Positions 10,985 through 20,015 of a stretch of 64,000 nt of DNA are shown in pieces. The number at the start of each line of letters is the position of its first letter. Position 1 is the stretch's first letter. A model generated the notes under the pieces. It was not told where the DNA came from and did no database searches. It saw only the letters and a list, made by a program, of their open reading frames with translations. The stretch is taken from contig CAZOBP010000003.1 of assembly GCA_964577995.1 (NCBI GenBank), positions 10,396 through 74,395 on the forward strand, written 5' to 3'. This DNA is from an uncultured Anaerolineales bacterium. GTDB taxonomy: Bacteria; Chloroflexota; Anaerolineae; UBA7937; B3-Chlor. The translations under genes were made by a program, and so were the position numbers.

Positions 10985-11281
10985 ACAAGGTTCTGTCGCT
11001 GGTGGCGTGCTTCTTCCCCAGTGGCGAGATCGACCAGTGGCTGGGCTGCTCAAGCGAGCACAGCCCTCCCCGAGCCGTAAGTGTCACACAACGCCTCCCC
11101 GCAAGCGCACGGCCGAGTCAGGGTGCTCCCCCACGAGGCGCTTTCGATGCGACCCATTGACCGGGGGCCCACTCGCGCGTATAATTGCTCTCAAGCAGCA
11201 AGCTCTCAACAGAAGCCTGTGCAGAGTAGAAGCCCTATGGACCCCACCACCAAACGGAGCTCCAGCCCTCAGAGCAGAACC

Positions 11282-12016
11282 ATGGTCCACCGAGCCCGAA
11301 TTGACATTCTGGGGATCAAGGTAAGCGATGTGACCGGTGAGGAAGCCCTCGCCAGGATAGAACAGTTCGTAACGGACGGGCGTCCCCACCTGGTGACAAC
11401 CGTGAATCCGGAGTTCATCGTCGCAGCTCAGACGGATGCTGCCTTCGCGCAGATCCTGAACCAGGCAGACTTGAACCTTGCCGACGGTCAGGGCTTGCTC
11501 TGGGCCGCACGCCTGCTAGGCGTATCCCTCACGGAGCGGGTAACGGGCGTGGATACCTTAGTCAGACTGGCCGAGTTATCAGCCAGGCAAGGATACGCCA
11601 TCTATCTCCTCGGAGCAGCCGAGGGTGTTGCTGAAGCGGCGGCGCAGGTATTGAAGAGCCGTTTTCCCGGCCTGCGCGTAGTCGGCACGTATGCGGGGTC
11701 GCCCGCTCCTGACGAAGACGACGGAATCGTCGAGCGGATTCGCCGCGCCGATCCGCAACTGCTCTTCGTGGCCTATGGGGCACCCAGGCAAGAGCAATGG
11801 ATCGTCCGCAACATGCCTCTGCTACAGGTTCCCGTGGCTATGGGAGTTGGCGGAGCGTTCGATTTCATCTCGGGTAAGACCCCTCGGGCACCCGCATGGG
11901 TGCAACGGTTGGGTCTAGAGTGGCTACATCGTCTGGCCCATCAGCCATGGCGCTGGCGCCGGATGACGGCCCTGCCCAGGTTCTGCTGGCTGCTGCTGCG
12001 CGAGAGCGCCAGATAG
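11282..12016 (+). CDS. WecB/TagA/CpsF family glycosyltransferase (N-acetylmannosaminyltransferase-like)
   Basis: IDILGIKVSDVT.EEALARIEQF...PHLVTTVNPEFIV.A......ILNQADL.LADGQGL; the ORF track starts at 11081 but Met 11237/11282 fit family length. Confidence 0.8.
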   Translation: MVHRARIDILGIKVSDVTGEEALARIEQFVTDGRPHLVTTVNPEFIVAAQTDAAFAQILNQADLNLADGQGLLWAARLLGVSLTERVTGVDTLVRLAELSARQGYAIYLLGAAEGVAEAAAQVLKSRFPGLRVVGTYAGSPAPDEDDGIVERIRRADPQLLFVAYGAPRQEQWIVRNMPLLQVPVAMGVGGAFDFISGKTPRAPAWVQRLGLEWLHRLAHQPWRWRRMTALPRFCWLLLRESAR

Positions 12017-12042
12017 GAAACACAGAGGAAGGGAAACGCACC

Positions 12043-12894
12043 ATGGATTTCACGACTCTCATCTGGCTCTTCGTGATCTTTGCAGCATTGACCCCTGCCC
12101 TACAGAGAAGATACCAGGAGGCGTGCAGACGGTTCGTCATACAGCGCTTCGAGAAGAAGCGCAACTCCCGCGTCATCACCCTGATTCACCGCCAGGAGAC
12201 AATGAGTTTCCTGGGCATCCCGTTTTCTCGCTATCTTGACGTTGATGACTCCGAACAGATTCTGCGAGCGGTGCGCCTCACACCCGAGGACATGCCCCTG
12301 GATCTGATCCTCCACACACCGGGCGGGCTGGTGCTGGCTGCCGAGCAAATCGCGCAGGCTCTGGTACGGCACCGAGCGAAGGTCACGGTATTCGTGCCTC
12401 ACTATGCCATGTCAGGTGGGACTCTTCTGGCCCTGGCCGCTGATGAGATCGTGATGGACCGTAACGCTGTTCTGGGCCCGGTGGATCCACAGGTGGGCGA
12501 GTACCCAGCAGTATCCATCCTCAAGGTTCTGGAGAGGAAGGACATCAACCAAATCGACGATGAAACGGTGATCCTGGCGGACATGGCCGGCAAGGCTATG
12601 GAACAGGTCAGGGACACGGTGAGAGAGATCCTGGAAGGTAGCGCTATGCCGGAGGCAGAGGCGCTTCGCCTCTCAGACACGCTGGCCAGCGGCAGATGGA
12701 CCCACGACTACCCCATCTCCCTGGAGGAGATCCAGAAGCTGGGACTGCCCGCTCACGACGACATGCCCAACGAAGTGTACGCACTGATGGATCTGTACCC
12801 CCAAGCAGGAGGGCGTCGCCCATCGGTGCAGTACATCCCTACGCCTTATCAACCTCCAGAGAGGAAAGAAGGAGGCAAAGGAAAGAGAGGATGA
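12043..12894 (+). CDS. membrane-anchored ClpP-class serine protease (SDH/'serine dehydrogenase proteinase' family)
   Basis: N-terminal TM LIWLFVIFAALT; ILHTPGGLVLAAEQIAQAL...YAMSGGTLLALAADEIVM is a ClpP/SppA-like fold; start chosen at Met50 of the ORF. Confidence 0.65.
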   Translation: MDFTTLIWLFVIFAALTPALQRRYQEACRRFVIQRFEKKRNSRVITLIHRQETMSFLGIPFSRYLDVDDSEQILRAVRLTPEDMPLDLILHTPGGLVLAAEQIAQALVRHRAKVTVFVPHYAMSGGTLLALAADEIVMDRNAVLGPVDPQVGEYPAVSILKVLERKDINQIDDETVILADMAGKAMEQVRDTVREILEGSAMPEAEALRLSDTLASGRWTHDYPISLEEIQKLGLPAHDDMPNEVYALMDLYPQAGGRRPSVQYIPTPYQPPERKEGGKGKRG

Positions 12895-13607
12895 TCCCGC
12901 TCGGCGACAATGTCCCCTCCGAACGCACTCCTTTCGTCACCTACGCACTCATCGCCATCAGTGCGCTGGTCTTCTTCTGGGAGTTGCTGGTGGGTCCCTA
13001 CGCGGAAGAGCTCATCTACGCGTGGGGCACCACTCCAGCCCACATTGTCCACTGGCAGCAGGACCCGTGGGTGCTGTCCACCCTGGTGACTTCGGTGTTC
13101 CTACATGGTGGCTGGCTGCACCTCATCGGCAACATGCTCTATCTCGCGGTGTTCGGCGACAACGTCGAAGGGATCATGGGCCACCGGCGTTTCCTGTTCT
13201 TCTATCTAACATGCGGCGTTGCCGCGAACCTGGCCCAGATCGCCATAGCGCCCTCCTCGACGGTCCCCGGCATCGGAGCCAGCGGCGCCATAGCCGGGGT
13301 GCTGGCTGCATACTTGCTGTGCTTCCCGAGGGCACGCGTGTTCGTGGGCATCCCTCTCTTGGTGTACATGGAGGTGATCGCCCTGCCTGCGATACTGGTG
13401 CTCGGATTCTGGTTTGTCGTCCAGCTATTCAATGGAGTCGCCACGATCGGCATGTCCAGCGAGGCGACCATGGGTGGGGTCGCGTGGTGGGCCCACATCG
13501 GAGGCTTCGCAGCCGGGCTGCTGCTGACCCCCCTCCTGCGTCAGCGCAGGCGCCAGCGCTTTCTGTACCTCGACACGATGGATCGCCGTTATCTACGACA
13601 CCAGTAG
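12891..13607 (+). CDS. rhomboid family intramembrane serine protease
   Basis: HLIGNMLYLAVFG, catalytic GASGAIAGVLAAY and HIGGFAAGLLL; start Met66 of the ORF gives an ATGA overlap with the upstream protease stop. Confidence 0.85.
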   Translation: MIPLGDNVPSERTPFVTYALIAISALVFFWELLVGPYAEELIYAWGTTPAHIVHWQQDPWVLSTLVTSVFLHGGWLHLIGNMLYLAVFGDNVEGIMGHRRFLFFYLTCGVAANLAQIAIAPSSTVPGIGASGAIAGVLAAYLLCFPRARVFVGIPLLVYMEVIALPAILVLGFWFVVQLFNGVATIGMSSEATMGGVAWWAHIGGFAAGLLLTPLLRQRRRQRFLYLDTMDRRYLRHQ

Positions 13608-13667
13608 CGTGTTGCGCACAGATCAGTTGCCAAGCCATTGCTCCGCTGCCAGGCAGGGTGAGAAGGG

Positions 13668-13696
13668 TTGCAGGATGGCACACGATGTGCTAGAAT
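13668..13696 (+). promoter_or_regulatory. sigma-70-like promoter of tRNA-Gln (TTGCAG-N17-TAGAAT with extended -10 TGc)
   Basis: ttgcag gatggcacacgatgtgc tagaat ends 17 nt before the tRNA 5' end. Confidence 0.4.
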
Positions 13697-13713
13697 GAAA
13701 CAGTAACCATCGC

Positions 13714-13785
<72 letters not shown>

Positions 13786-13968
13786 CTTCACAGAGGAGGC
13801 AAATAGCCCTTACTACGAGGCATTCGTAGTACAGAGCGTGATGGACGAGGACCCACCCAGTACGGGTAGTGACCAATTGCCGCTCCACGGCGGCTCAAGG
13901 CCGAGATACTCTCTCGCGTCCAGCGGACGCGGGGTGATCTTGGCTTTTTCGATTCGTGGGGAGGTTTC

Positions 13969-15318
13969 GTGACGGTTCAAGCTGTGATACTGTCTGGCGG
14001 TGCAGGCGAAAGGGCATTCCCCTTGAGCGCCAGCAAACCCAAGCCCATGTTCGAGTTGCTAGGGAGGCCGTTGCTGGCGTACGTGATCGACAACCTGAGC
14101 GCGGCGGGTATCCGGGACGTGATCATCGTCACCGGGCCTGACTCCCACGAGATTCGTGACTACTTCGGCGACGGTGGCAGTCTCGGGGCGCAGATACGCT
14201 ACACAACGCAGGAACAGCCCCTGGGCATGGCCAACGCCCTCAAGGCAGCAGAGCAGCTTCTCGAAGACCGTTTCTTCATGCTAAACGGCAATGATGTCTT
14301 CGAACCGCACCTGCTGAGCAAGGTCTTGGAAAAAGCGGAGCAAAGCGGTGGGGATATGGTGCTGGTGGGCCGTGAGATGGACCAGCCGTGGAAGTTTGGA
14401 GTCTTCGAGTTCACAAACGACAAGGTAACTGCGGTCGTGGAGAAGCCGCCCATGGGCCAAGAGCCCAGCAATATCGTGGTCGTCGGGGTCTATTTCTTCT
14501 CCAGGCTCATCTTCGATTACATAGACCGGACCCCACTCTCCAACTACCAGCTCGAGGCAGCGTACCAGGGCCTCATCGACGAGGGGAATGTGGAGTTCGT
14601 TCCGTACGATGGGGTGTTCGAGTCCTTCAAGTACCCGTGGGACTTGCTGACCATTAACGAGCATCTGATGGCCAGATTCATCACCGGGCCAAGGATCAGC
14701 CAGCAGGCCAAGATATCCGACAGGGCGGTCATAGACGGCAACGTGATCATCGAGGACGGCGTCAGGGTCTTGGAGAACGCCGTTGTTCGCGGACCGGCGT
14801 ACATCGGAGCAAACAGCGTGATCGGCAACAACGTGTTGATCTGGAACCATACCTCCATTGCCGCCAACTCGGTGGTGGGCTTCTCCTCAGAGATCAAGCG
14901 CTCGCTCATAGCAAGCAACTGCTGGATTCACATGGCGTACGTGGGCGACTCCATCATCTCCGAGAACTGCTCCCTCGGCGCCGGTACCATCACCGCCAAC
15001 TACCGCTTCGACGAGGGCCACGTCACCGTCGATGTGGGAGGAGAACCCATCTCCTCCGGTAGCGACAAGCTGGGCGCCATCATGGGGCCGGACTGCAAGA
15101 CCGGTTGCAATGCGACCTTGATGCCTGGGGTCAAGGTGGGTCCCCACAGCATCGTGGGACCAGGCGTGGTGCTGCGTGACGACCTCCCACCAGATTCACT
15201 CATACTGGGACCAGCCCCCTACACGACGACCGAGAACGTCATCGAGCTCTCGGCTGAGGCCAAGGAGCACAAGATGAAGACGCTTCGCGAGAGAACGCGT
15301 AGCGAGTCAGAGACCTAG
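13969..15318 (+). CDS. sugar-1-phosphate nucleotidyltransferase with C-terminal left-handed beta-helix (GlmU/GCD1-like NDP-sugar pyrophosphorylase)
   Basis: AVILSGGAGER..PLS...PKPM..L.GRPLL.Y N-terminal NTP-transferase motif; hexapeptide repeats (GANSVIGNNVLIWNHTSIAANSVVG) at the C-terminus; GTG start. Confidence 0.8.
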   Translation: MTVQAVILSGGAGERAFPLSASKPKPMFELLGRPLLAYVIDNLSAAGIRDVIIVTGPDSHEIRDYFGDGGSLGAQIRYTTQEQPLGMANALKAAEQLLEDRFFMLNGNDVFEPHLLSKVLEKAEQSGGDMVLVGREMDQPWKFGVFEFTNDKVTAVVEKPPMGQEPSNIVVVGVYFFSRLIFDYIDRTPLSNYQLEAAYQGLIDEGNVEFVPYDGVFESFKYPWDLLTINEHLMARFITGPRISQQAKISDRAVIDGNVIIEDGVRVLENAVVRGPAYIGANSVIGNNVLIWNHTSIAANSVVGFSSEIKRSLIASNCWIHMAYVGDSIISENCSLGAGTITANYRFDEGHVTVDVGGEPISSGSDKLGAIMGPDCKTGCNATLMPGVKVGPHSIVGPGVVLRDDLPPDSLILGPAPYTTTENVIELSAEAKEHKMKTLRERTRSESET

Positions 15319-15358
15319 GAGAGGAGGTCCTCAACTGCACACGGAGAGTTCCATAGAA

Positions 15359-16591
15359 TTGGTGTTGATTGGTGCATCATTGCTGCTCACCGCATTTGCA
15401 GCAGCTGCGGAGGCGGCGGTGGCGTCAGCCAACCCCTTCCGCGTGAAGAGAATGGCCAAAGACGAGGTGGCAGGTGCAGGTCGGGTGGACAGCATACTCG
15501 AGCGTGAGGAGTGGCACCTCTCGGCACTACTAATCCTCAAGAACTCCGCCCTTATCGTGGCCGCTTGCTTGACCTCGATACTGGGGCTCAGCTATGTACC
15601 GCAGTGGGGCATCGTCGTAGCCATCGTCTCCCTCACCTTGCTTGTGTTGTTCCTGTGTCGGCTCATCCCTCGGGCCTGGGCCATGCGAGACCCAGAGGCC
15701 GCCGCTCTCATGCTAGCCAGGCCGATAGAATTGCTGACGCTTGTGTTGTACCCCTTTGTCCGTGTTTTCAGAGCGTTGACCGAGTCCTTGATAGACGGGG
15801 CCGGACGCACGGAAATGTCGAAAGATGCCGCGGACATCGAGGCCGAGCTCCGCCTGTTCATGGATGCCGGTGAAGAGGAAGGGTACATCGAGGAAGACGA
15901 GAGGCAAATGATAGCCAGCATTTGCGATTTCGATGCAACCCTGGTCAGAGAGATCATGGTGCCGCGTATAGACATGGTTGCGCTGGAATTAGGGGCCTCG
16001 ATCGAGGAAGCCCTGGACGTCATCGTGGAGACTGGCTACTCCCGGATACCCATCTACGAAGGTGCTATAGAAAGCATCATCGGCATTCTGAACGCCAAGG
16101 ACCTACTCGCTCACCTGAGAGACAATGATACCTCGCAGCCAGGGCTGCGCGAGCTCCTGCGCCCCGCCCATTTCGTCCCCGAGACGAACAAAGTTGGTGA
16201 GGTTCTGGAAGAACTGCAAGGCGAGCGAATTCAGATGGCAATCGTTGTCGATGAGTATGGCGGGACCGCTGGACTGGTAACCGTGGAAGACGCCCTCGAA
16301 GAGATCGTGGGCGAGATCGAGGACGAGTACGATACGGCGGAGCCCTTCTGCGAGATGGTCAGCGAGAAAGAGGCCATCTTCAACGCCCGCATGGACCTGG
16401 ACGACGTGAACAGGCTGATGAGGACGAGCTTACCCACGGAAGACACAGACACTCTGGGTGGTCTGATCTACTCCAAGCTCGGAGGCGTGCCCAAGGTGGG
16501 CGACGCGGTGACACTCGACGGAGTGAAGATAACCGTGCTGTCCCTGCTGGGTCATCGCATCAAGAAAGTAAGAGTCGTCAGAGATGAGTGA
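15359..16591 (+). CDS. HlyC/CorC (CNNM) family transporter-associated protein (DUF21 + CBS pair + CorC_HlyC)
   Basis: N-terminal TM region, CBS-pair region (REIMVPRIDMVAL.....EAL....E.GYSRIPIY) and C-terminal transporter-associated domain. Confidence 0.85.
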   Translation: MVLIGASLLLTAFAAAAEAAVASANPFRVKRMAKDEVAGAGRVDSILEREEWHLSALLILKNSALIVAACLTSILGLSYVPQWGIVVAIVSLTLLVLFLCRLIPRAWAMRDPEAAALMLARPIELLTLVLYPFVRVFRALTESLIDGAGRTEMSKDAADIEAELRLFMDAGEEEGYIEEDERQMIASICDFDATLVREIMVPRIDMVALELGASIEEALDVIVETGYSRIPIYEGAIESIIGILNAKDLLAHLRDNDTSQPGLRELLRPAHFVPETNKVGEVLEELQGERIQMAIVVDEYGGTAGLVTVEDALEEIVGEIEDEYDTAEPFCEMVSEKEAIFNARMDLDDVNRLMRTSLPTEDTDTLGGLIYSKLGGVPKVGDAVTLDGVKITVLSLLGHRIKKVRVVRDE

Positions 16592-17015
16592 TCAGGAATC
16601 GATTGCCGAGCTGATAGCCCTCGGCAAGAAGGCACGCGATCAAGCCTATGCACCCTACTCTCGGTTTCGAGTGGGTGCCGCGCTACGCACCGCTTCGGGG
16701 CGGCTGTACAGCGGCTGCAACGTCGAGAATGCCTCGTATGGGCTAAGCATCTGCGCCGAGCGAGTGGCCATCTTCAAGGCTGTATCCGAAGGAGAGCGCG
16801 AGTTCGAGGCCCTGGCCGTGGTCAGCGAGACCCTGGCTAGCCCCTGTGGAGCATGCCGTCAAGTCCTGGCCGAGTTTGGACTGGATACGATGGTGATCAT
16901 TGCAGACCTGGACATGGGGCAACAGGTATCCACAGTGGGTGATCTCTTGCCAGCCGCGTTCACACCCTCCTCCCTGCCTCGACCTCAGGCGGGGAACCAG
17001 GAAGATGCCAGCTAG
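16584..17015 (+). CDS. cdd: cytidine deaminase
   Basis: CAERVAIFKAVSEG.....PCGACRQVLAEF zinc-binding CDA motifs; 8-bp overlap with the upstream gene. Confidence 0.9.
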   Translation: MSDQESIAELIALGKKARDQAYAPYSRFRVGAALRTASGRLYSGCNVENASYGLSICAERVAIFKAVSEGEREFEALAVVSETLASPCGACRQVLAEFGLDTMVIIADLDMGQQVSTVGDLLPAAFTPSSLPRPQAGNQEDAS

Positions 17016-17084
17016 TTAGTGTCCTCTGCCGTGGCGGGAACTAGCCTCTCGCCGGTCGCCCAAGAGTACCGACACACAGCGGAG

Positions 17085-17483
17085 ATGATAGAGATCCCGA
17101 GGACGTATCTCGCAGAGATGATCGACCACGCTCGCGGAGAGGCTCCAACGGAGGCCTGTGGTATCCTTGCCGGCAAGGAGGGTCGAGTGTTCAGGCTCTA
17201 CAGAGCCAGGAACGCCGACCACAGCCCGGTATCGTACCGCTTGGACCCAGAGCAGCAGTACCGTATTTTCAAGGACATCGAAGTCAGAGAATGGGAGTTG
17301 GTCGGCATTTACCACTCGCACCCCTCCACCACCGCGATTCCCTCGGACGTAGACGAGAGGCAAGCGCGGTATCCAGAATCCTCCCATGTTCTGATCTCGC
17401 TGAAAGACCCGGACAACCCACAGGTCAGGTCCTTCCGCATCACAGAGGGGCGGGTCACAGAAGAGGACATCGTGGTCACTTGA
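17085..17483 (+). CDS. Mov34/MPN/PAD-1 (JAMM) family metalloprotease, stand-alone (Mec+-like)
   Basis: E..G.L.G + HSHPSTTAIPSDVD JAMM motif (E...H.H..S..D); start chosen at Met23 of the ORF, after the cdd stop. Confidence 0.8.
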   Translation: MIEIPRTYLAEMIDHARGEAPTEACGILAGKEGRVFRLYRARNADHSPVSYRLDPEQQYRIFKDIEVREWELVGIYHSHPSTTAIPSDVDERQARYPESSHVLISLKDPDNPQVRSFRITEGRVTEEDIVVT

Positions 17484-17754
17484 CCCAGGTTTGGCATACC
17501 GCTAGAATCTGTCTCGTCGCAGCCCCGAGTCCTCGAATCGCGAAAACGGAACAGGAGGTGACTGAAACAGGGGTCCGTCACGGTCGCATCGAGAGGCCAG
17601 CGCTTCCAGTTCAGGCCGTGAGTGGCGTCAAACGTGCCCTCTATCACGCACCCCTGGTCGCCGTCCATACCCACGACGCTGTGATAGAAACAACATCGAC
17701 GACACGCCTCTCGAGTGTCCGCGCTACGCAGAACGGGTTGGAGACCCGCCTCCA

Positions 17755-18552
17755 GTGCACGAAAAGCATGGGTTCACTCTTAGAGGATCGCTCACGCGCG
17801 CGATGCAGGAATGGCGCTACCTGAGGCGGCGCCGGTGGACCCTGGAAGAAGTCGGGCGGTTCTGGAGCTCTGTCACTGACTACGACGACATCAATGAGAG
17901 TACATATTCCTATTACCGTCGCTTCACCAACTCGTTCGAGTTGGCAGGGGACCTGGTCGACCACGACAACGTCACCCTCGACATCCAGTCGCGAACGGGT
18001 CAGGGGACGGCTTTCTGGGCAGAGCGGGGGTACGTGCGTAAGGCTCACCTAGTCGACTTCTCAGACAAGATGCTCGCCATAGCATCCTCACGCCTGTCTG
18101 AGATGGGAATCGACTTCGAAACCCACCTAGTGCAGAGCTTCCCGCTACCGTTTTCCAGCAACACCTTTGACCTGATACTGTGCTACGAGACCATTGAGCA
18201 CCTCTCGGAGCGAGACACGCTGGTGAGTGAATTGGCTCGCGTGCTACGGCCTGGACACTGGATCATTCTAACGTGTCCCAACCTCTTGTGGGAACCGGCT
18301 CACTGGCTGTCGGCGATCCTCGACCTCCACCACAGCGAAGGGCCGCACAGGTTCCTGAGGCGAGGCACCCTCTTGTCCCTCTTCGGATCGAATAGGCTGG
18401 AGATCGTCCGCGAGAACTCTACGATCATCTTGCCGTTCTCATCCGCCTTGTCGGTATCCACCAACCAATTTCTGGAAAGCCAGCTTCCGGAGGACGTGAG
18501 ACAGGTGATCGCTCTCCGCCGAAGCTTCGTACTGCGCAAGCCCGATGGCTGA
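17755..18552 (+). CDS. class I SAM-dependent methyltransferase
   Basis: LDIQSRTGQGTAFWAE (motif I), FDLILCYETIEHL and LRPGHWIILTCPN typical of Methyltransf_11/25; the true start may be Met17 (17803). Confidence 0.75.
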   Translation: MHEKHGFTLRGSLTRAMQEWRYLRRRRWTLEEVGRFWSSVTDYDDINESTYSYYRRFTNSFELAGDLVDHDNVTLDIQSRTGQGTAFWAERGYVRKAHLVDFSDKMLAIASSRLSEMGIDFETHLVQSFPLPFSSNTFDLILCYETIEHLSERDTLVSELARVLRPGHWIILTCPNLLWEPAHWLSAILDLHHSEGPHRFLRRGTLLSLFGSNRLEIVRENSTIILPFSSALSVSTNQFLESQLPEDVRQVIALRRSFVLRKPDG

Positions 18553-18680
18553 GCAAGTGGTGTGAAGAGGGGAAGCAGGTCACGTCGGTCCCTGCCCTTG
18601 CTCCGGTGCACTGAGCCAGGGTTGACAGCACCGCGACCCGAGTACAGCGTGATCGATGCGCACTCGCAGGAGAGACGACC

Positions 18681-19607
18681 ATGGCTCAATCTAGTGTGGT
18701 GGTGATCGGAGCAGCCAGTCTCGATACGAAAGGTCGGCCCAAGATGCCCCTCGTCGCGGGCACCTCAAACCCAGGCTACATACGTGTCAGTCCGGGCGGC
18801 GTCGGTCGCAACGTAGCAGAGAACTTGGCCAGACTGGGAGTGCCCACGGTGCTACTCTCCGCTGTGGGGGATGATTCGGTAGGCAGACACGTCCTTGACG
18901 CGACAGAGGCCGGAGGTGTTGACGTAAGCCGCGTGATCGTCTCCTCAGACCGCCCCTCGGCTACCTTCCTTGCGGTTGTTGATGAAAACGGCACCCCCGT
19001 CTTCTCTATCGACGACATGGCGATCATGAGTTTGGTCACCCCCAAGTATGTCTACGCCCACCGCGGGTGGATAAAGGAAGCCAGCATGGTTGTGCTGGAC
19101 GCCAATCTCAGTCCAACTGCGATCAAGTCCGCAGTCTCTGCCGCGGCAAAGTGGGATGTTCCCGTCTGCGTCGATCCCGTCTCCGTGGCTCTGGCCCCCC
19201 GGGTGAGACCACACCTCTCAGAGCTGTCCATGATCGTCCCCAATGAAGATGAGGCCCAGGTGCTGTGTGGCCTGCCAGCGAGGGACAGGTTCGAAGCCAC
19301 CGCTGCCGCACAGAAGCTCGTGGCCGATGGTGTGGGCATTGCGGTCATCACTCTGGGAGAGAAGGGGCTGGTCTACGCCACGTCAGACGAAAGCGGTTAC
19401 GTCCCCGCCATCAACACAGAAGTGACTGATCCCACGGGTGGCGGTGACGCCCTCACTGGCACCGTGGTCTTCGGGCTGGTGAACGGCTTCTCAGTGAGCG
19501 AGGCGGTGCGTCTCGGCGTCTCTGCGGCGACCCTGACCCTGACCTGCACGGACACTGTCTCCCCCCACCTGAGTCTGGATGCGCTCTACGACCGTCTCAT
19601 GATCTAG
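18681..19607 (+). CDS. PfkB family carbohydrate/nucleoside kinase (ribokinase-like)
   Basis: VVVIGAASLDT......GGVGRNVAENLARLG near the N-terminus and C-terminal DPTGGGDALTGTVVFGL anion-hole/ATP motif. Confidence 0.85.
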   Translation: MAQSSVVVIGAASLDTKGRPKMPLVAGTSNPGYIRVSPGGVGRNVAENLARLGVPTVLLSAVGDDSVGRHVLDATEAGGVDVSRVIVSSDRPSATFLAVVDENGTPVFSIDDMAIMSLVTPKYVYAHRGWIKEASMVVLDANLSPTAIKSAVSAAAKWDVPVCVDPVSVALAPRVRPHLSELSMIVPNEDEAQVLCGLPARDRFEATAAAQKLVADGVGIAVITLGEKGLVYATSDESGYVPAINTEVTDPTGGGDALTGTVVFGLVNGFSVSEAVRLGVSAATLTLTCTDTVSPHLSLDALYDRLMI

Positions 19608-19889
19608 ATGCCCTATTGTGGGCGGTGCTCGCCAAACAACCACGGGTTGGCACACACCGGGCCCATCTCTCCTCTTGAGGACCAGCCTTCCCAAACCGGC
19701 TCCCTGCCCACGCGTGATCGCGGATGCGTAGAGCTCCGAACAGGTGGATTGACGGCGCCGAAAGGACCATCCCGCATAGGTCGCCGCCTGTAGCGGCCGA
19801 TGTGCAGTCGACAGGAATCTGCGTCCCATCTACTACCGAGAGTATCACCTCAGGATGCAGACCACGGTCCCAACCGCTTCTTCCCTTGT

Positions 19890-19918
19890 TTGACATGCCG
19901 CAAACACCATAGTATGAT
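19890..19918 (+). promoter_or_regulatory. sigma-70-like promoter of resB/ccsA (TTGACA-N17-TATGAT)
   Basis: ttgaca tgccgcaaacaccatag tatgat in the 370-bp gap upstream of resB. Confidence 0.35.
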
Positions 19919-20015
19919 TGAAGAACCAACCGCGGGCTCAGCATCCTCGGAGTGAGCCCTTTGCCACGGCACCCTCATGCGCTTGGGCCCTGGACACACA
20001 TCGAAGTCGATATTC

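Noticed and set aside
12043-12894. Calling the 12043-12894 product NfeD/stomatin-partner protease or SppA
   Set aside because: It is much shorter than SppA, has no adjacent SPFH/stomatin gene, and its motifs fit the SDH (PF01972-like) ClpP-class family better; kept the generic call
17484-17754. 270-bp gap upstream of the SAM-dependent methyltransferase as a possible SAM riboswitch
   Set aside because: No recognisable SAM-I/II/IV conserved helices or kink-turn motifs were found by eye; it is probably an ordinary promoter/UTR
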